This document shows, in pieces, positions 1 to 16,513 of a stretch of DNA of 64,000 nt. This DNA is from the human T2T-CHM13v2.0 reference genome, Homo sapiens. Under the pieces are notes generated by a model. It saw only the letters and a program-made list of their open reading frames with translations, ran no database searches and was not told the origin of the DNA. The position numbers and the translations under genes are program-made. The DNA is taken from assembly GCF_009914755.1 (NCBI RefSeq), contig NC_060943.1; one strand, 5' to 3'. The number at the start of each line of letters is the position of its first letter. The stretch's first letter is position 1.

Positions 1-508
1 GGAGTGCAGTGGCGCAATCATAGCTCACTGCAGTTTCCAGCTCCTGGGCTCAAGGGATCCTCTCGCCTTATCTTCCTGAACGGCTGGGACTACAGGAACG
101 CATCACCATGCCCTGCTGATTTTTTTATTTTTTGTAGGGATGGGGTCTCACTGTGTTGCCCAGTCTAGTCTCCAGCTCCCAGGCTCAAATAATCCTCCCG
201 CCTCAGCCTCCTAAAGTGCTGGGATTACAGGCATGAACCACTGAGCTGACCCTTCTCCTCTACTTATAGGACTCCAGCCACACTGGCCTCCTGAAAGCAG
301 GCGCCAGTCACATTCTGGCCTCAGAGCCTTTCTGCTTCCCATTCCAGATTCCAGATTCCCGGAATGCTCTTCCTTCTGGATATCTGCTAGGTCCACTCCC
401 CCACTTAGTTCAGGGCACAACTCAAATGTTACAGTCTCAGTGAAGCCCTCCCCAGCCATATTTTCTAAAATTGCACTTCCCTTCCCAAACTCAAAGGGAC
501 ACTTCTGA

Positions 509-888
<380 letters not shown>

Positions 889-1136
889 TGAGCCACCGCG
901 CCTGGCCATTTATCCTGTATTTTATCTATTCCTCCAACTAGGCTGGCAGTTTCCTGAGGGCAGGGATTTGCCTGTTTTGTTCATTACTGTTCATTTTGTT
1001 CATTGCTCCTGGGATACTGCTAGGTAGCACATAGTGGGGGCTCAAAAACTTACTTGTATGAATGAATGACAGCAGTTCCTGTTTACCAGTGACTGCCATG
1101 CACCAAGTCCAATGCCTTAGAGCAGAGGCTCACTGA

Positions 1137-1576
<440 letters not shown>

Positions 1577-1579
1577 TAG

Positions 1580-1891
<312 letters not shown>

Positions 1892-1894
1892 TAG

Positions 1895-2041
<147 letters not shown>

Positions 2042-2182
2042 TAAGAGACCTGCTCATAACCATGTGAAAAGGAAATGTCACAGCTGGAATTGGAATCCAG
2101 GCCCGATTCGGAAGTCTGTGCCCACAACCATCCTCCTACTGTCCTTTCCCTGGCCCCAGGGCCCCACCCTCACCCACCTTAC

Positions 2183-2335
2183 CTAGGGACTTGGGCCTCT
2201 CACTGGCATAGATGCCCCGGGGCTCAGAGGGACCCAGGCGACCATAGGAGCTGGATCCAGAGAAGCCACTGTCCCCACAGAAGGTTGAGGGTGGTGAATC
2301 TGGACCTCCTGTAGAGCTGGGATCTTCATAGAAGC
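2183..2335 (-). CDS. DACT3: DACT3 coding exon 3 (gene continues left of the window)
   Basis: Acceptor tttag|GC; (G)FYEDPSSTGGPDSPPSTFCGDSGFSGSSSYGRLGPSEPRGIYASERPKSL; donor G|GTAAGG; 153 nt. Confidence 0.95.
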   Translation of the reverse strand, partial: ASMKIPALQEVQIHHPQPSVGTVASLDPAPMVAWVPLSPGASMPVRGPSP

Positions 2336-2501
2336 CTAAATTTCCAGGAGAAGCAGAGAGACTTCAGGGGGTTTGGGTGGGAAAACCAGAGCTGGGGAAA
2401 GGAGGAGATGGCGTGGGGAGAGACACAGGGGGCCTCAGAAATAGGGATACGGGGAACATGGAGGCGTCCCAGGCAAACCCTACCCCTCCATCCATGCTCA
2501 C

Positions 2502-2598
2502 CCGAGCTACGCCCGCTCTCCTGTTCCAGGCCCCCAGACTCCAGGCTCAGGTCTCCCAGCTGCTGTCCCAGGTCCCAGACGAGACCAGGCAGGGCCTC
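2502..2598 (-). CDS. DACT3: DACT3 coding exon 2
   Basis: Acceptor ttcag|GAG; EALPGLVWDLGQQLGDLSLESGGLEQESGRSS; donor G|GTGAGC; 97 nt, in phase with exon 1. Confidence 0.95.
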
Positions 2599-3063
2599 CT
2601 GAAGGCATAGGGAGAGAAGGATGGTCAGAAGGCCCCCAGTCCTCTGCCGACTGGTCCCCTATTCCACGAGCTCATGGGCAGAGTTTCACTTTGACAATGA
2701 GGCTCTCGCTTCAAAGGATAAAAGCAGTACCTCAGTCCCAGGACCCCCTCAAGATCTGTGTCCCTTCATCCCCATTAGAAAGTCCTTCTGACGTTCCAAC
2801 TCCAGTCCTTCATGCTGCAGCCCCATCTCATTCCCTCTTAGGTGTGATGAGGCCTCAGAAAACCCCCATCTCTTGCCCTGTCTTTATCAGTTGCTACCCC
2901 CAATCTGTGCTCAGAGCCCCTCAACCCTGATTAGAATGTCCCTCTTTGAGTCTAACTTCAGGATTGCTGTAAGGACAGTTTACTGCTAAAAGGTGGTGTC
3001 CAGGACCCCCAGATCCCTTAGTCATAGGTCTGCCTTCTTCTCCAAGTTTTTCTTTTTTTATTT

Positions 3064-3106
<43 letters not shown>

Positions 3107-3137
3107 TTTTGAGATAGGGTCTCACTCTGTCGCCTAG

Positions 3138-3305
<168 letters not shown>

Positions 3306-3607
3306 TGATCTTGAACTCCTGACCTCAGGTGATCCACCTGCCTCAGCCTCCCAAAGTGCCGGGATTACAGGCATGAGCCACTGCGCCCAGCCTCTCCCCG
3401 TCTTTGACCTTCTTTCTCAGATACGCCCATTGCCCCTTATCACCAAGAGAAGGTCCTTTTGTGAGTCTTCCTTAAGTCCTTCCTGCTGCAGATTGCCTCT
3501 TTCCCCCATATGGGTAAAATAGGCTGACCACGACTCATAAACGTCTTTGCTCTCCCTTCAGAAAGAACCTCCCAAGCCTCCTAGACAGTCCTGTGAGTCT
3601 AGCCTTA

Positions 3608-4236
<629 letters not shown>

Positions 4237-4868
4237 TCAGACAAAAGCGGCTTGTCTGGACCGCAGGAGGGAGGGAAGTGGGGAGGAGGGTTTGGGAGGG
4301 CAGGCACCCAACCCTGCCTATTTAGGGCAGAAAGACTGGCCGGCTCCCCGGCAGCCACAACCCCCCCGCCCCATCCCAGTCTCTCCAGGGCCCAGCCTCT
4401 CCCATCCCCCTAGAACAGAAGCCCCCATCCGGGCCTGTTTATTTGAGGAAGGTCAACAAATCCTTCCACTCTGGGCTCCTGCCCTGGGTATATTGAGATG
4501 CTCACAGTGAAGTCATCTTTGAGCGGAACTCAAAAAAGCAGCTGAATTGTGCAGCATCAGGAAGTAACTAAAAAAAAATCTCTCGGACCTACCATGTACC
4601 CCATGTCACGTCCGTCACAAATCACTGGCATGCTCACTCCCCTCTAGCCACGCCTGGCCTTGCCACCGTCCCTCGAACATACCATGTATGCGCCTACCTC
4701 GGGAGAATGTTTCCCCCACATACCTTCCTTGCTTCATTCAGATCTTTGGTGATCTCTTCTCTGACACCTTTCCAAAATAGCTCCCCTGTCATTGTGTACC
4801 CCGTTGCCCTGCTTTTCGGGTTTTTTCTACATATCAGTAATGACCTCTTGATTTAAAATTATACATCA

Positions 4869-5189
<321 letters not shown>

Positions 5190-5440
5190 TCATTTGTTTG
5201 TTGAATCTCTCACTAGAATGTCAGCCCTAGGAACGCAGAGATTTGTCTGTTTAGCTCACAGGTGCACCCCCACCCAGTGCCTAGAACAGTGCCTGGCACA
5301 AAGTGGGTGCTCAGGAAATATTTAATGGGCTGGGTGTGGTGGCTTATGCCTATCATCCCAGCACTCTGGAAGTGCCAAGGCGGGAGGATCGCTGGAGGCC
5401 GAGAGTTCAAGACCAGCCTAGGCGACATAGTGAGACCCAG

Positions 5441-5484
<44 letters not shown>

Positions 5485-5579
5485 CACAAACACACATATA
5501 TATATACACACATATATATACACATATATACACTATATATACACACATGTATATACACATATATGTATATATATGAAAT

Positions 5580-5610
<31 letters not shown>

Positions 5611-5612
5611 TT
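5441..5612 (+). repeat. Compound (CT)n(TA)n(CA/TA)n then (TTTA)n microsatellite
   Basis: Directly visible, between two oppositely oriented Alus. Confidence 0.95.
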
Positions 5613-5870
5613 TTTGAGATGGAATCTAGCTCTACCGCTCAGGCTGGAGTGCAGTGGTGCAGCCTCCACCTCCCAGGTTCAAGTGATTTTTTTTTTTTGC
5701 CTCAGCCTCCCAAGCAGGTGGGATGACAAGCATGTCCCACCACACTTGGCTAATTTTTGTGTTTTTAGTAGAGACAGGGTTTCATCATGTTGGCCAGGTT
5801 GGTCTCGAACTCCTGACTACAAGTCATCCGCCCACCTCAGCCTCCCAAAGTGCTGGGATTGCATGCGTGA

Positions 5871-6068
<198 letters not shown>

Positions 6069-6874
6069 TAGAGACAGGGTCTCCCTGTGTTGCATAGGCT
6101 TGTCTCGAACTCCTGGGCTTGAGCAGTCCTCCCGCCTCGGTCTCTTAAAGTGCTGGGATTGCAGGCATGAGCCATTGCACCCAGCTGTCTATTTTTTAAA
6201 AAGAAATATTAGATGAAAGAATGAATGTATACAATGGAATACTATACAGCTGTTAAAACGGAATGAGTCAAATTTCTATATAGAATCATTACCAAGATAT
6301 AGCATTGAGCAGAAACAGAAAAGGGCAGAATATATATAGTATGAGTGACTCAGAATTACCTGGAGGGCTTGTGAAAGCCCAAATGACTGAGTCCCATTCC
6401 CAGAGCTTTTGATTACAGCCTGCAGTCACGCCCAAGTAGTTGTATGGCTAACAAGTTCCATGTCATGTGGTGCTGCTGGCTAGGAGGCCACACTTTGACT
6501 GGCATAGTCTCTGGGACCTCACCCAAGAAACTAGAATTTGTAAAAAGCAAAGCTTTGACAAAAGCTCTACGTTTTTTGGTATGTAAACAGTTTCTGTTAG
6601 GAGATATGTTGGAAGAGGTCTGGGAGGTGACACTAAGGTGACAATGATGGTGACCTCAGGGGATAGGTTGGATTTAGGGGATCCAGGGAGGAATGAGGGG
6701 ACTGGATGGTGGAAGGAAGTGTTTAAGGAGGCGTGACTTGGCATCACATTAAGCTCTGCTGCTCCCCAGCTGTGTGACCTTGGGTGGGTGACTTTACCTC
6801 TCTGGGCTTCAGTTTCCTTATCTATAACTGGGCATCATAGGACACCATCTCCTGGAGGTTATTGTGAGGATTAA

Positions 6875-7094
<220 letters not shown>

Positions 7095-9999
7095 TAGCCA
7101 AGATGGTCTCAATCTCCTGACCTTGTGATCTGCCTGCCTCGGCCTCCCAAAGTGCTGGAATTACAGGCGTGAGCCACCGCGCCCGGCCAATGAGTTTCTT
7201 TTGACACATAATAAATGCCAGTTTGTATGATTACAGGAAAGCTATGAATTTCTTATAAGGAAAATAGAAAATGTTTCCATTGTTTAATTAAAAATAAATG
7301 TAGGTGTCGGGCGCAGTGGCTCACGCCTGTAATCCCAACAACTTTGGGAGACCGAGGCGGGAGGATCACTTGAGGCCAGGAATTCAAGACCAGCCTGGCC
7401 AACATGGTGAAAGCCCATCTCTACTAAAAATACAAAAATTAGCCAGGGGTGATGGTGCATGCCTGTAATTCCAGCTACTCGGGAGGCTGAGGCAGGAGAA
7501 TTGCTTGAATCCAGGAGGTGGAGGTTGCAGTGAGCCGAGAATCACTTGAACCTAGGAGGTGGAGGTTGCAGTGAGCAGAGATTGTGCCATTGCACTCTGG
7601 CCTGGGTGACAGAGCAAGATTCTGTCTCAATGAATAAATAAATAAAGGCCAGGTACAGTAGCTCACACCTGCAATCCTAGTGCTTTGAGAGGCTGAGACA
7701 GAAGGATTGCTTGAGCCCAGGAGTTGGAGACCAGCCTGAACAACATAGCAAGACCTCATATCTTTAAAAAAAAAAAAAAAATTAGCCAAATGTGGCGGTG
7801 TGCACCTGTAGTCCTAGCTTCTTGGGAGGCTGAGGCAGGAGGATTGCTTGAGGCCAAGTTAGAGGCTGCAGTGAGCTATGATCGTGCCACTGCACTTCAG
7901 CCTGAGAGACTTTGTCTCCAAAAATAAATGAATAAATAAATATATCATTTAAAAATACATAAATAAACGTGAAAGGATAGACTTTTTGGTAAGTTCTGCC
8001 AAGTCTAATTCCGGTTCTTCCATTACAAGGAAGAGCAGAAATTAGGGAGACAGACAGGAGATGCCTCCTCCTCTCCAGCACCTAGACGCCCCCCAAAAAT
8101 ATTCCAAGTCTACACCCCTCTATTTGCAAGTCTGGCCTCATTCCTTCCAGTTGCAAAAGGATGAATCTTTAAAAGATTAGAAAGTCCTTGGCCTGAGTCT
8201 GGCTCTCTGCCTCCTCACGGTGCCCCTCATCCTTCCTCTGCAGGCTTAATAAGAGTGTGGTTAGGACCCCTGGAGACCCCTTTGCCCAAACTTCCCTTAC
8301 CTTGTTTCTCCCCTCACGTGCCCCTCGTTGGTATCCAGTGCCCATTTATCTCTATTAGGAAGTCATTCTGCAAGTCTAACTTAAGTTATTCTTGATGAAA
8401 GGAACCTTTTTCCTTCTTGAGAGCAAGCAGGACCCAGGGAGCCCCTGCCCTCACCCAGGATTCCTGCCTCTCTTCTCTGCAACACCCCTGATCTTTACCT
8501 GGTATCCCCATCATTCCTATTAGAAAGTAATCAAGTCTGGCTTCAGTCTTTCTTGCCTTGAAGGAAGTGTATTCCTGGCAGGGGCTGGGGGTGGGGGGAT
8601 AAGTCATAAGACAAGGGTTGGGGGATCAGAAGAAGCCCTAATCCACTCTTCAGAGGGACCCAGGAACCCCCAGCACTAGAGAAGTTTATATTTAGCGCTT
8701 CTCTGCTCCTCCTCCTCCCCCCGCCTGCCACCGCCTCCTCCCTGATGCTGGGACAAGCTTTGCCTAGAGACTGGGGGGTGGGGGGACAGGCCTCTCCACT
8801 ATCAGCTCGTGCCGGGAGGACAGAGGGCTGAGGGGGAGGAGGGGACAGAGGGACCGAGGAGAGGGAGACTGAAGGGCAGAGATGGGGAAGGTGAAGGGTG
8901 AAAAGGGGAGAGACCGAGGGCAGAGGGGGAGAGGACACAGCTACCCACAGCTACCCCAACCTCATGCCTCGCATTCTCCTTGTCAGGATGGAAGGCGCCT
9001 TCCAAGCCGAGCCAGCTTGGGGTGGGGGGAGCTAGCGAAGGCCCCCACAATCCGTCTCTAACTTTGGGAGGGGGTGGGGCCTCCCACAGCTGTTTCTGTT
9101 TCCAGAAAAGAATGTGCAGGGGGGTCCCACTCCTGAGAGGGGGAGGGGCCGGGCGTGCAGCCCCGGGAGCCTGGCTTCAGTCTTCCTCCCCACTCCCCAT
9201 CTGGGGAGGGGGCGGTCGAGGTCAGCGGCGGGGAGAGCCCCCTCCACTGCCACCTCGGCTCAGGTTTCCCGAAACGGGAAGCTCTGGCCACACACAGGCT
9301 TGGGGATGGGGATCTGCCGTGGAGCCAGGGTGTGCGGGCTGGGGGGAGGGGAAGACAGACTGAGCCTGGGACGTCGGGCAAGAAGAAGAGAGCGAGGTGC
9401 AGACAGGCAGGAAGGGAAGGCCAAGGAGACAGATGCAGAGGGACACAGAGATCACAGAGACAGAGAGACAGGATGAAGAAAGAGAAGCAGACACAGAAAG
9501 TCACAGGGATGTGGCAGGACGGAGAGAGTGACAGAACCCAGGACGAGATCGGGAGACTCAAGGAATGACATAGAAAGGGGAGAGGCATGGGGCGTCCTCA
9601 AGTCATTCCGGAGACCTCTGCCCATCTTCCACCATGAGAACACCCAGAGTCCAGAAGTCTCCCCCAGGCGCTGCCTCGACCTGCCTCCCCTTGGGTCAAG
9701 GAGAGCTGGGGCCAGGTAGGAAGCAGGGGAAGTGTCACCAAAGGGTCAAGATCCCAGTGGGGGGTCCTCAGGGACTGTGAGCTTCCTCTCAGCAGTGGTC
9801 CCTCCCTCTGGAGGCCCTGAGATTCCCCTCCTCCCACCCCGCCCCCTCCAGAGATCTCCAAGCACACCAGGACTTAGGGAAGATGGAGCCCTGGTGGCGG
9901 GGCCCAGAGAAGGGCATGTTTGGAGCCTGGCTGTGTCACCTTGGGTGAGTCGCTTGCTCTCTCTGAGCCTCAATTTGTTTCTCTGTTAAATGGGGACTA

Positions 10000-11250
10000 T
10001 CACCCCGTTTCCCAAGCCGCAAGAAGACAACGCCTGCAAAGTACCCGGTCTCGGGTTTGACACATACTTGGCGCCCACAAGGATTTTCTTTGGGGAAGGG
10101 GTGTAAGAGACAGGGCCTGTGTTTCTCACGAGGCCCCAGTGGGGGCGATGCAGTTCCCCCTCCCCCGATTTGGGGGCGGGGAGGCCAGGTCCGGCCCGCC
10201 GCCGGAACTCCGGGGTCGCCAGCCCCACCCCCTGTCCTTTCTCACTCCCTGCCTACCCGGGTCCCCAACCCCCGCCCGGTGTCTGAGCATCCAACCGAGA
10301 CAGACAGACACAGACGGGGGTGGAGGGACGGACGGACAGGCAGCCCCTTACCAGCTGCTCCTCCAGGGCCGCTGCGGCCCGGCGCGCCGCCGCCGCATCT
10401 TCATCCTCATCGGCGTCCTCCTCGTCCTCGGCCTCGGCGCCCCCCATTCCGGGCTGGGCCAGCCGCAGCGCCTGCTGCACGCGGTACTCCTGCCTCTCCC
10501 GGAGCCAATGTAACTCGCAGAGCCCGGCCAGGCTACCCTCCAGCCAGCCCCGCAGCCGGCCCCGCTCAGGGCTCACCGGGAACGAGAAGGCCCGGATCAT
10601 GGCTGCGGCCCCCCGCCCCAGCCCGGCCGGGCCCCGCGGCCACCCCTCTCCCGGTCCCACCTCCCCGCCCCAGCAGCCTGCCCGCCCGCCCGCTGGCCGG
10701 GCTGTCACCGTCTCATCTGCATAGGCGCCCGCCCATTGGGCCGCCCACCCGCGCCTTATCTGCATGGCCACGCCCCCGGCGACCGAGCAACAGCCGCCTA
10801 TTGGCGAATAAGCTTCCTGACGAAGACTCTCGGGCGTGCAACCGCACCGCCCAACACGACGCATGCTCGCAACTGCCTACTCACTCCGCTCGCCACGCCC
10901 CCTCCGTGCAACTGCCTCGGGGCCCTGGCCACGCCCCCCCACGCGTCACAATGAAACAAGCCCGCCCTTGCTTCAATGCCATTGGTCTGTGCCTGGCCGG
11001 TCCTGCAGCAGGTTCCACCCTCTTGCGGGCGAGCGCTGGCTACCATTGGACTGTCCGGCGCGAGGGGAAGGGTGATCTATAAATAGGGAATGGGTACACG
11101 TGACAGTTTGGCAGCTGCTCCTACCCCTCCACCCCGCCCAACCTTCAGCTTCTGAGGCTGCGCAGGGGGAGAAAAGGGTTAGGGGGTCGAGCCCTGACTT
11201 CGCCTCCTCTTCCAAGAAGCCTTCCCAGACACTCAGCTGTAAAACCAGAC
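10000..11250. promoter_or_regulatory. CpG island / DACT3 promoter, probably bidirectional
   Basis: Very high GC and CpG density over exon 1 and upstream; GC boxes; ATTGG (CCAAT) near 10735, 10800, 10981, 11045; CTATAAATAG (TATA/MEF2-like) at 11077-11086. Confidence 0.85.
10352..10600 (-). CDS. DACT3: DACT3 coding exon 1 (Dapper homolog 3, N-terminus)
   Basis: ATG at 10600-10598; translates MIRAFSFPVSPERGRLRGWLEGSLAGLCELHWLRERQEYRVQQAL...LEEQL; donor CTG|GTAAGG; 249 nt, phase 0. Confidence 0.97.
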
Positions 11251-11279
11251 GGACGTCCTCCGATAAAATTGTTTCTACT

Positions 11280-11428
11280 TAGGGCCGGCTTCACCGGCTT
11301 GGAATCCACTTAGAAGGGTCTTCGCGCTTGGTTGAATGTTCTGCAATTTCTGTCTTGAAATTTTTAGTTTTTGAGCAAGGGGCCCCTTATTTTCACTTTG
11401 CACTAGGCCAAATATGTAGCCGGTCTTG
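11280..11428. mobile_element. MER45A-like (hAT-Tip100) MITE
   Basis: Terminal inverted repeats agggccggct ... agccggtcttg; internal gtcttgaaattt...aaggggcccc...tttgcact. Confidence 0.6.
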
Positions 11429-12789
11429 CTGCTAAGAGTCTAAGATCGATTGCATTCCAAATTCTGGAATTATAAGACCCTGGGTGGAAGATTCTATGCT
11501 TTGACCAGAAGAGAGTCTAAGCAGCTTTTGTCTCCCAGGTGCTAGGAGGATGTGTGCTCATCATTCTTCCATTCCAGGGGCCTTTGTTCTACGTTCTAAG
11601 GGGCTTTGTTCTCAGCCTTCTATGATGCTCTATTCTCAACGTTCTCTGGTCCTAGGAGTCTGAGCCTGACATTCGTTTCCAAGGCTTCCTGCTGTCTCTC
11701 CAGGCTCCGCAAGCAGGGCTGGGGCACCCTCAGGCGGCCAATCTGTATCACTACGCCGAGCCTGCCTCTACCAACTTCCAAGACCTAGCTCTAATATTCA
11801 TACTCATCTCTCAGACAGACCTTGGCTCCCTAAAAGCCAAGGCCCAGAAGATCATACAAGAAATTCCCTCTTTTATGATTCCCCGTGCACGAAGTGACCT
11901 TCTGGTGGTGAGATGGAGAGAAATTGATAGTGGCGATAGACAGCAAAGTCTCCAGGAGCCAGACTTCCTCGGGGTGAGTCACAGATCTGTCACTTTCCAG
12001 CTGTGTGACCTTGGAAAACTTACTTAACCTCTCTGTGCCACCGTTTCTTCATCTGATCACGGGATCATAATACTGGCTGCCTCATACAGTTGTTCTGAGG
12101 ATTCAATGAAATGTATTAGGTACTTGGAGCAGTGTCTTCCATGGATTAAGAGCCACAGAAGGGTTTGACAAATAAGTTTAAAAACTAATCTAGTAAGTTT
12201 CCGGGGGGAAATGTCTTGAAATTTATTAGAGACAACCTTTATTCAGTCTTCCTCTTGTTCAAAATAGACTTAGAAAATTAGTCGGGTGTGGTGGTGCACA
12301 CCTGTAGCCCCAGCTACTTGGGAGGCTGAGGCGGGAGGATCACTTGATTTCCTTTTTGACTTCTTGATGCTTTTATTAATGATGATGCCAAAAGATTTCT
12401 GGAGAATCAGCCAGGCGCAGTGGCTCACGTCTGTAATCCCAGTACTTTGGGAGGCTGAGGCGGGCAGATCACCTGAGTTCAGGAGTTCAGATCAGCCTGG
12501 CCAACATGGCGAAACCCCATCTGTACTAAAAATACAAAAATTAGCTGGGCATGATGGCACACACCGAGACTGTGGCACTGCACTCCAGCCTGGGTAACAG
12601 AGGGAGACTCCGTCTCAAAAAAAGAAAGAAAGAAAGAAATTGAGAGAGAGAGAGAGAGAAAGAAAGAAAGAAAAAGAAAGAGAGAGAGAAAGAAAGATAG
12701 ATGTCTGGAGAATCAACAAGCAACAGTTGCTTCCAAACATGGCACACAAACTGGATATGGTGGCATGTACCTGTAGTGCGAGCTACTCA

Positions 12790-12894
<105 letters not shown>

Positions 12895-13333
12895 TTAAAA
12901 AAAAAAAAAAAAATTGTGATTACAGAGACTGAGTCCCATGCAGGGGCTGTTAATGAAGTTGCAGAAGCTCATAGACCTTGATTTATAGATGGTAGGGATG
13001 GGAAGAGGTTCCCATAAAAACCGAGTGGTGCGTTGGGAGAGGCCTTTGAGGAAGGCGTGTAGGGCACAGTGCTCCATCCAAAGGCTTTGGTGGTGCGAGT
13101 GAAGGGGATGGGGCCCTGGGAGTAGTGATTTGTGCTGAGAAAGGGGAACAAAACTGACAATCCTAATTGCAGTTGTAAGACTGAGTAAACACTTTTGCAA
13201 AAGTAAGCCAGGGGCATTGTGGATCTTGCAGGCTGGAAGGTAGAATAGGGAGGGGAGATGTGTCATTTGGGAAGAGACAGAAGTTACAGCTGGAGAATTG
13301 TGATCTGAGAAGCATGTAATCAAAGATCAGTCA

Positions 13334-13817
<484 letters not shown>

Positions 13818-14384
13818 TCAAGGCCAACCTGGGCAACATGGTGAGACCCTGTCTCTAAAATAGCGTGTGTGGGAGGGAATCCTGGAGTTTCTGATTCCAG
13901 GAGCAGGCTGTCTCATGATGTTGTCTGCTTAACCCAAGGTTCTTGGGAGAGCTGTCTACAATTGCAGCCTCGTCTGCTTCCAGGGCTCTTGAAAGAGCCT
14001 CCCTCTGAGGTCTCCAACGGGAGTGGATTCCCATTCAGCACAGGTCTTATATCTCTTCATCTCTGAGATATGAACCCAAGGCAGGACAGTCTGGTGTTTG
14101 CAATAGTGTAGGGTCCATCCCATCTGAGTTCAAGGTTAGTCTTCCTGCGATGTCTTTTCCGGAGGACTAAATTCCCTGTTTGGAAATTATGAAGAGGCCG
14201 TGATGGAGTATTTGGAGGGAAGGCAGCTCACACTTGTTAGTGACAAGCATAAGTGTACTTAGTCCTTGATAATATCTGAGAATGTCGATTGTAATAGATT
14301 AGAGTCCTCAAGGGCCCAATAGGAGTAGAATCCTTGTGAGTCTTTGAGTGATTATTTCATAAGAAGATTATTGATATGTGCTCT

Positions 14385-14952
14385 GGTAGGAAGAGTAATG
14401 GCCCCCCACTAAGATGTCTACATCTTTATCCCTGGAACCTGTGAATATAGCACCTTTTATGGAAAAAGGAACTTTTTGTGATTAAGAATCTTGAGATAGG
14501 GAGATTTATCTTGGATTATCCTGGTGGACCCAGTATCATCACAAGTTTCCTTATAAGATGGAGGCAAGAACGTTAGAGTCAGAGAAATATGTAAATATAG
14601 AAGCAGAGGCCGGGCCAGGCACAGTGGCTCACACCTGTAATCCCAAAGCTTTGGGAGGCCGAGTGGGGGAGGATCGCTTGAGGCCAGGACTTTGAGACCA
14701 GCCTGGGCAACACGTTTCTACAAAAAAAAAAAAAAAAATCAAAAAATTAGCCAGGCATGATGGCGCACATCTGTGGTCCCAGTTATCTAGGAGGAGGATC
14801 GCTTGAGGCCACCAGTCTGATGCTGCAGTGAGCTGTGATTGTGCCAGTGCATTCCAGCCTGGGGCGACAGGGAAAGACCCTGTCTCAAAAAATAAAATAA
14901 AATAAATCTGTGTTGTTTTAAGCCACCACATTCATGGTGATTTATTCTAGCA
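14385..14952 (+). mobile_element. MLT1D-like MaLR LTR, Alu-interrupted
   Basis: tggtaggaagagtaatggcccccc...cctggaacctgtgaatat...ttgagatagggagatt; 3' end aataaatctgtgttgttttaagccac. Confidence 0.75.
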
Positions 14953-15497
<545 letters not shown>

Positions 15498-15898
15498 TAG
15501 CTGGGCGTGGTGGTGCATGCCTGAAGTCCTGGCTACTGGGGAGGCTGGGGAGGAAGAATCACTTGAGCCCAGGAGGTTGAGGCTGCAGTGAGCCATGATT
15601 GCACCACTGTGCTCCAGCCTGGGAGACAGAGCAAGACTCTGTCTCAAAAAAAAAAAAAAAAAAAAAAAAAAAGGAAAGAAAAAGAAAAGAAAAAGGAAAA
15701 TAAGCTAATGCTTGTGGTTATGGGGAAGTCAAGGGACAACAGTGGGCAAGGGTAAGTTCAATTCTTCAGTTAGTTTGGCAAGTTTAAGTTTGACGAGACT
15801 GAATCGGCATGTTCAATTTGTCCTGATGATCATAGGCAATAGGGCTAAAGGATTTCTGTGAAATGGGAGTACCCACTGGTTCTCTGGATTAGCCTGCT

Positions 15899-16217
15899 TG
15901 ATATGGTATGGGTAGGCTTTGTGACCCACCCAAATCTCATTTTGAACTGCAGTCCTCAGGTGTTTAAGGAAAGACCTGGTGGGAAATGATTGGCTCATGG
16001 GGGCTGTTCTTGTGACAGTGAGGGAGTTCTCACGAGATCTGATGGTTTTATAAATGGTAGTTTTTCCTGCATTTACACACACGCACTGTCTTGCCTACTG
16101 CCATGCGAGATGGGCCTCTTCACCTTCCGCCATGACTGTAAGTTTCCTTAGGCCTCCCCAGCCATGTGGAACTGTCAGTCAATTAAACCTCTTTCCTTTA
16201 TAAATTACCCAGTCTCG
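15899..16217 (+). mobile_element. THE1/MST-type MaLR LTR
   Basis: tgatatgg...cccacccaaatctcat...tctcacgagatctgatggttttataa...aattaaacctctttcctttataaattacccagtctc. Confidence 0.85.
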
Positions 16218-16297
16218 GCCAGGCGCGGTGGCTCAAACCTGTAATCCCAGCACTTTGGGAGGCCAAGGTGGGCAGATTACTTGAGGTCAGGAGTTCA

Positions 16298-16513
<216 letters not shown>

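Noticed and set aside
7490-7575. ~40-bp internal duplication in an Alu right arm
   Set aside because: Common slippage event within Alus; no functional implication visible
8800-9720. Cluster of overlapping ORFs in DACT3 intron 1
   Set aside because: Low-complexity GA-rich/G-rich sequence; no homology recognised and no consistent exon structure
10057-11082. 341-aa + strand ORF across the DACT3 CpG island
   Set aside because: Non-ATG start, Pro/Arg/Ala-rich, antisense to DACT3 exon 1; expected from stop-codon scarcity in GC-rich DNA
12895-13323. 142-aa minus ORF as an intact captured env gene
   Set aside because: Short, ends in an Alu tail, lacks signal peptide, furin site and ISD; only a fragment of the decayed env
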